Positions 33,758 to 38,364 of a stretch of DNA of 38,364 nucleotides are shown piece after piece (position 1 is the stretch's first letter; every line of letters starts with the position of its first letter). The notes under the pieces were generated by a model, which did no database searches, had not been told where the DNA came from, and saw nothing but the letters and a program-made list of their open reading frames with translations. Both the position numbers and the translations under genes were made by a program. The stretch is from a virus (taxonomy: Duplodnaviria > Caudoviricetes), in the IMG/VR virus record IMGVR_UViG_3300019874_000015, positions 1-38,364 of that record; one strand, 5' to 3'.

Positions 33758-34036
33758 ATGACACAGAAATATAAGACAATTTTTAAGTTTTGTCATTTTG
33801 AATGCAATAAATGCAAATATATAATAACTACTGTAGGAGTAAATAAAATTTATTGGCCATTCAAAAAATGGGAATGCGTTAATTGTAAAGATCCTGATTC
33901 TTGGTATACCTATCAATTGACAAGGGGAGCCGTTCCCACTGATTACAATTTATGGTGTTCTCCTGTAAGAGATTCTTATTTTAAAATAAAAGATACAACA
34001 AGATCGGCCCTTGAAGAAATGAGAGATGTAGAATGA
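33758..34036 (+). CDS. Zn-ribbon hypothetical protein
   Basis: CNKC...CVNC. Confidence 0.6.
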   Translation: MTQKYKTIFKFCHFECNKCKYIITTVGVNKIYWPFKKWECVNCKDPDSWYTYQLTRGAVPTDYNLWCSPVRDSYFKIKDTTRSALEEMRDVE

Positions 34037-34380
34037 CCCAATACCCCACCCACCTGATCGACGCGATCATCGCCATCACTGACGCTGATACATGCAAGAA
34101 AATAATTGACTTGTCAGACAAACTGAAAGAGGAAACCAAGTCCTATTATGAATGGTTCAGTTATCAGAAGTTCCCCAAGCTCTCGGAAATATGGATAGCT
34201 ATATGCCGAATAGAGGGATACCAGAAGGGAAGCAATGAAGGTCTTTTAAAACGATTAGAAGCTATTGAGGCGAGTCTTGATAGGTTGGAGACAAAGAGGG
34301 CGAAGAAAGGCAATCCCGTCACAAGCTCACTGACCAATTCGCAATATGATGATTTGTTGAAGATCGGTAGAGGGAAGTGA
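34033..34380 (+). CDS. hypothetical protein
   Basis: Coupled to both neighbours. Confidence 0.7.
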   Translation: MTQYPTHLIDAIIAITDADTCKKIIDLSDKLKEETKSYYEWFSYQKFPKLSEIWIAICRIEGYQKGSNEGLLKRLEAIEASLDRLETKRAKKGNPVTSSLTNSQYDDLLKIGRGK

Positions 34381-34541
34381 TCACAATCTTTGGCAAAGAA
34401 TACCCCACCTATTTCAATCCACCTTATGATGGTTTGTATCGTTTTGAGCTGTCTAATGGAGTTTGTTTTGAAATTGTTCTGAAGTGTGGTGGAGAGATAG
34501 AAATTCCCATTGGGATACTCAAAATGTATATGGTTTGTTGA
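34377..34541 (+). CDS. 54-aa hypothetical protein
   Basis: GTGA-coupled; begins MITIFGKEYPTYFNPPY. Confidence 0.5.
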   Translation: MITIFGKEYPTYFNPPYDGLYRFELSNGVCFEIVLKCGGEIEIPIGILKMYMVC

Positions 34542-34578
34542 ATAAGTAACAAAGATTAATTGGATACGAGGCCAAGAA

Positions 34579-34662
34579 ATGACAATATACTTCTGGATGG
34601 CTTATGCATATCCCATCATATTTTACTTAGGATTTCTTCTTGGAAAAAGGATAAAGAAATGA
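34579..34662 (+). CDS. 27-aa single-pass membrane peptide
   Basis: MTIYFWMAYAYPIIFYLGFLLGKRIKK*; stop coupled to the next ATG. Confidence 0.5.
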   Translation: MTIYFWMAYAYPIIFYLGFLLGKRIKK

Positions 34663-34847
34663 TCTGCTCACTCTGTCATAAAGAGCAAGCTACCGAATAC
34701 TGCGTTGCCGTTCCCCTTCCCATCACCAAACAGCAAGAATGGGATGGTGTTATGCCGTCCGGGGATCAGCTACTCAGTATATGCAAGAACTGTAAAAGTG
34801 ACCGTCATCGATTCTACGATCCTGGAGCGATGAGAGTAATCAAATGA
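34659..34847 (+). CDS. small Zn-finger protein
   Basis: MICSLC...ICKNC. Confidence 0.6.
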   Translation: MICSLCHKEQATEYCVAVPLPITKQQEWDGVMPSGDQLLSICKNCKSDRHRFYDPGAMRVIK

Positions 34848-35038
34848 CCCAAACTAATCCAATAGTCACAAGACATAAAGTGACCGCTCTCCGATCTATG
34901 AGCAAGGAAAATCTTGTTAATATAATAGTGTCCCATTATCAAGAGTTCAACAACATCCTCGAGGCTCTATCATATATTCGTTCAGATATCGATCTGATAG
35001 AGAAAGGAGAAGCTTGGCATGTCCACGACAACCCTTGA
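34844..35038 (+). CDS. hypothetical protein
   Basis: ATGA-coupled. Confidence 0.6.
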   Translation: MTQTNPIVTRHKVTALRSMSKENLVNIIVSHYQEFNNILEALSYIRSDIDLIEKGEAWHVHDNP

Positions 35039-35047
35039 GTCCAAGAA

Positions 35048-35160
35048 ATGACCTTCATAGAAGCACTCAGCGAGTATCACAAGGGCAAGAGGATTAGGCG
35101 GCCATGACAGGGAATTTTTACCTAGACGAGAATGGGTATGTGCAGGCGAGGGATAGGTGA
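35048..35160 (+). pseudogene. possible remnant of a DUF2829/Tad2-like gene
   Basis: MTFIEALSEYHKGKRIRRP* followed in another frame by GNFYLDENGYVQARDR*. Confidence 0.3.
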
Positions 35161-35164
35161 AGTG

Positions 35165-35671
35165 ATGAAGTGGATTAGCGTGAAAGATCGAATTCTAAAA
35201 CTTTCAATTATCGACACTCTTTCTGGTTGCTGGAATTGGATAGGCGCTTTAAAATGAAAATCCAAACTTAGGCGATATGGCAATATGATTATAGGATCTC
35301 GCAAAGATGGTTCGAGAAAGTCTATTAGTGCACATCGAGATTCTTTTGAAGCTTTCAAAGGACACATTCCTGAAGGGAAATGGATATTACATCAATGCGA
35401 CAATCCTCAATGTGTAAATCCAGATCATCTTTTTGTTGGTGGTAGAAAAGCGAACATAAATGATCGTCAGAGTAAAGGAAGAAATAAGCCTGTAAATCGA
35501 GAAAACAATCCAAATTGCTCGCATTCTTCTGATGATATTTACACAATCCGTTATATGAGAAAACAAGGGGTTACATATAGAGAAATCGCTAGAATTTTTG
35601 GTTATAAAAGCCACAAATCCATCATTGATATCGTAACCCATAAAAGATGGCCGGAGCCGCCGAATGTGTAA
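35165..35671 (+). pseudogene. HNH endonuclease with an in-frame TGA at 35255-35257
   Basis: GCWNWIGALK*KSKLRRYG...AHR.SF..FKG.IPEG..ILHQCDNPQCVNPDHL; the catalytic part from ATG 35285 is still open. Confidence 0.8.
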
Positions 35672-35924
35672 GTGGATCAAATGCTCTGAAAAACTTCCTC
35701 AAGATGAATTCCGGTGCTGGATAGTTGTAAAAGAATCTGAGGTTGTCGATGGCGTCTTTGAAAAGTCAGTTATTCGACATGAATGGAATGATTCAAAATT
35801 AAATTATATTACAACTCAGGAGCCAGGTTTTCGTCTCGACGACGAGTATTGTTTCTATGCGTATCTGGACACAGCCTCTTATTGGATGCCTTACTTTACA
35901 CCAGATCCACCAAGTGATATATAA
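35664..35924 (+). CDS. DUF551-like protein
   Basis: KWIKCSEKLP...SYWMP...PDPP. Confidence 0.7.
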   Translation: MCKWIKCSEKLPQDEFRCWIVVKESEVVDGVFEKSVIRHEWNDSKLNYITTQEPGFRLDDEYCFYAYLDTASYWMPYFTPDPPSDI

Positions 35925-36123
35925 TCTCGATACCGAACCAAAACTCAACGAAATCGTCCTCTACAAGATCGCATCCGTCGATCCTGATTACAATTTCGAC
36001 TGGATCGAAGGGGAGCTGATCTTGCGCATAAATTGTGAAGATGGGATTGCGCTGATCTTCTATATGCCAAGAGAAATTAATAAATCTGTTGGTAACGAAA
36101 ATGCGCCTGGGCTGCAAAAGTAG
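35914..36123 (+). CDS. hypothetical protein
   Basis: Last ORF of the rightward operon; start uncertain. Confidence 0.5.
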   Translation: MIYNLDTEPKLNEIVLYKIASVDPDYNFDWIEGELILRINCEDGIALIFYMPREINKSVGNENAPGLQK

Positions 36124-36411
36124 GAACTTATACCTACTTATACAAGGTTATACACCAATATAGATATAACCGCTTATATTTTGATGAGGGTAAATCGGTA
36201 TCTTGATTGGTTCGGATGATGGATATTGATCTTTTTCTTCACACCACATCAGACGTGGGAGGCCACCAAGAACAATAAGAGGTATGAGAATCTTTAGCAT
36301 AGGAGTATCCTGCTATTTGCAAGGACGTTGATGAATGGAAGGGTAGATGTGGTTCCGGAGCCAACAACATAAGCATTTTGAGAAATTGGAGATGTGATTT
36401 TATCCTCTTAT

Positions 36412-37227
36412 TTAACATACTAAATATCCCCATGCATAAGATGTTGTGGAGGTGCCATCAACGCCTTGGGTATTAGTAGCAGCACCACTAGTTTGCAAAT
36501 AAAATGTAACCGCATCTCCGGCCGTCAACAGTCTTGCGCCCGATCCATTTATAACTCCAAATCCATTGGATACTGCTGGAGTAACTAGATTTGCAGGATT
36601 AATTTTTACTGGTAGAAATCCAACAGATCCATTAATAAAAATTGATCCAATTAAATCGGTCATTAAAGCTGTTATTCCTGTAATTCCGAAAGAAAAACCT
36701 AATACATAAAAACTTGTAGAAGGTGCAGTAAAAGTAAGTTTTCCGGCCACAAAGGAAGTATTTGATCCTCTGTCAGTAACAACTGTTGTTGTGCCGCCTG
36801 AGTTATTCCCCAGAAAATATATAGCGCCTGCACCTGTTGCATTGGTTGCAGAAACCGTCAAATTGGCAAAAAATGCTGGTTGTAATGGGAGGGTTTGTAT
36901 CCCAGTTGTGGTGACAACTCTTGTTATAGTTCCGGTTGATGGGTTTGAAGATCCAGCGTTTGTAGTAAATTCTTTGTATTTGGCAGAATCGCTAGCATCG
37001 ATCCCCCATCCCCATGTTCGAGTAGAAGATAAAGCTGCCTGAAAATATGCATCCGCTCCGCTTGTAGAAGTCGCTTGAGCAATAACGGTAGCATCCGATC
37101 CCGCATTCGTTGTGTCTGAATGAACGGCTGCACTAAATGCAATTTGACCTGCACCCGCCAAATTTCTTCCTGCAACAAACCCAGCATTTACAGTTTGATT
37201 ATTTATCACATTTGTCGTATCTGCCAT
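36412..37227 (-). CDS. receptor-binding/fibre protein with C-terminal C1q-like domain
   Basis: PLQPAFFA...DRGSN...FTAP....Y.....LTAGDAVTF...SYAWGYLV. Confidence 0.7.
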   Translation of the reverse strand: MADTTNVINNQTVNAGFVAGRNLAGAGQIAFSAAVHSDTTNAGSDATVIAQATSTSGADAYFQAALSSTRTWGWGIDASDSAKYKEFTTNAGSSNPSTGTITRVVTTTGIQTLPLQPAFFANLTVSATNATGAGAIYFLGNNSGGTTTVVTDRGSNTSFVAGKLTFTAPSTSFYVLGFSFGITGITALMTDLIGSIFINGSVGFLPVKINPANLVTPAVSNGFGVINGSGARLLTAGDAVTFYLQTSGAATNTQGVDGTSTTSYAWGYLVC

Positions 37228-37236
37228 ATATTTCCT

Positions 37237-38364
37237 TTATGCCGGTGTCCAGTTACCAACCATATCTTCCACTCTCCAAATCGTAGATACTCCAGCAGTA
37301 ATACATCTCAACGTCACACAGTCACCTACGTTGGTACCTGTAAGTGTGCCGGTTACACCAACAGTTGTATTTGTTGATCCAATAACGATTTGTTGGCCGG
37401 CATTCTGAGCTATTGTGGTAATGCCAAGTTTCCCATCGATCTTCATCACATCCCCAACAAGACCACTGGCTGGAAGAGTATATGTTACCCCTGCACCTCG
37501 ATCAGTGCTGTAACCATTGAAGACAAGCATGGCCTGTGTAGGTGAAGTTACATCAGTCCATGTAAATGATTGAGTTGATGCAATCGTAATGGTGTTGGAG
37601 GCATTTGTTACAGAGATACCAGCACCAGCAGTAATTGTGGCAGCTGCTGGAGATCCTGCTGTAGATCCAACTACTACTTGCCCATCCGTTAGAGCAACCC
37701 ATGTTGGAACTCCTGTGGAGTTGGTGGTCAGTACAGAACGGGCTGTTGACGCTAGACCCCCAACTACGTTAGTAGAAGAAGAATAGAGGATTTGATTGAT
37801 GGTAGTAGTTGAAGGGTAAGTTGCTGTGCTATAGGAAGGGTCAGCAGCTGCATTATTTTGAAGGATCTGTCCTGTGGAAGCTGAAGGGCCAACTTTGGTT
37901 ATAGTCGCAGTTCCTGCGCCAACTAAGACGGCATGATTAGTCAGCCCTGTCAATTGGACAGTCTCGGTGTTGGCTGTACCAACTGTTGTGATCGATCCTG
38001 TTCCAAGGATATTGAAATTGCCACCAGCAGTTGGAGTTTCTGCCCCTCCTGAATCTCCAGTAATGGTTGTAATTGCACCAGATGCCGATATTGCTTGAAA
38101 GGTAGGTGCTGATCCAGCACCTGTAGAAGTGAAGACAAAACCAGAAGTTCCTTGTCCGGTTGCAGCTGATTGAAAAGGATTGGTAGTAGTAGTTCCCCCA
38201 ATGATTGGAGCAAATGCTGTAAATGAAGCAGCCCCTGTTCCACCATTAGCAACGACTAGTGTACCCCCCAAAGTCAAAGTGGATACTGCACCAGCAAAAG
38301 TTAACCCTGTGGTTCCACCAACTATGTTCCAGTTTCCTGCTGTGGGGGATAATGCCCCACCACT
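37237..38364 (-). CDS. 3' part of the junction-spanning tail fibre protein (starts at 458)
   Basis: Repeats TITG.SGGA..PTAG.N.NI.G and GLTNH.VL; C-terminal module YTLPASGLVGD...IAQNAGQQI..G...GDCVTLRC....WRV....GNWT. Confidence 0.85.
   Translation of the reverse strand, partial: SGGALSPTAGNWNIVGGTTGLTFAGAVSTLTLGGTLVVANGGTGAASFTAFAPIIGGTTTTNPFQSAATGQGTSGFVFTSTGAGSAPTFQAISASGAITTITGDSGGAETPTAGGNFNILGTGSITTVGTANTETVQLTGLTNHAVLVGAGTATITKVGPSASTGQILQNNAAADPSYSTATYPSTTTINQILYSSSTNVVGGLASTARSVLTTNSTGVPTWVALTDGQVVVGSTAGSPAAATITAGAGISVTNASNTITIASTQSFTWTDVTSPTQAMLVFNGYSTDRGAGVTYTLPASGLVGDVMKIDGKLGITTIAQNAGQQIVIGSTNTTVGVTGTLTGTNVGDCVTLRCITAGVSTIWRVEDMVGNWTPA
38239..38364. repeat. 126-bp terminal direct repeat, right copy
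   Basis: Identical to 18-143. Confidence 0.95.

Noticed and set aside
35255-35257. TGA reassignment (genetic code 4 or 25) suggested by the in-frame TGA in the HNH gene
   Set aside because: TGA ends many core genes here (portal, hub, SSB, several ATGA overlaps), TGG is used for Trp, and no suppressor tRNA is present.
36239-36433. 64-aa ORF after the C1q-like gene as a holin or lysis gene
   Set aside because: No convincing transmembrane segment or start context; left uncalled.

Overview
The window is essentially one complete, circularly permuted tailed-phage genome. Bases 18-143 recur exactly at 38239-38364, giving a unit length of about 38,221 bp, and one tail gene reads in frame across that junction. 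The architecture is podovirus-like. A long minus-strand late arm carries TerS, TerL, a P22-like portal, scaffold, an N4-gp56-like major capsid, decoration proteins, adaptor and hub, DNA-ejection proteins and Gly/Thr-rich fibres. A mixed-strand early arm carries a replication initiator with a DnaC-like loader, an HTH protein, RusA, a Cro-like HTH, an SSB, a YqaJ exonuclease and many very small ORFs. I see no integrase, endolysin, DNA polymerase or CRISPR array. The most notable content is RNA-level. (1) A 244-nt ORF-less group I intron splits the major capsid gene, and its splice sites can be fixed from P1/P10 pairing. (2) Five copies of a compact, covarying pseudoknot motif sit at the predicted 5' ends of the capsid and giant-fibre mRNAs; I cannot assign them to a known family. 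(3) Two promoter-plus-terminator antisense RNAs oppose the replication initiator and the exonuclease. (4) Two HNH genes have structured or SD-sequestering leaders. (5) Two tRNAs have atypical identity elements. An RNA polymerase alpha-CTD-like ORF lies antisense within the head module. An environmental Chlamydiota host is a tentative guess only. All protein calls come from motif recognition by eye, not database searches.
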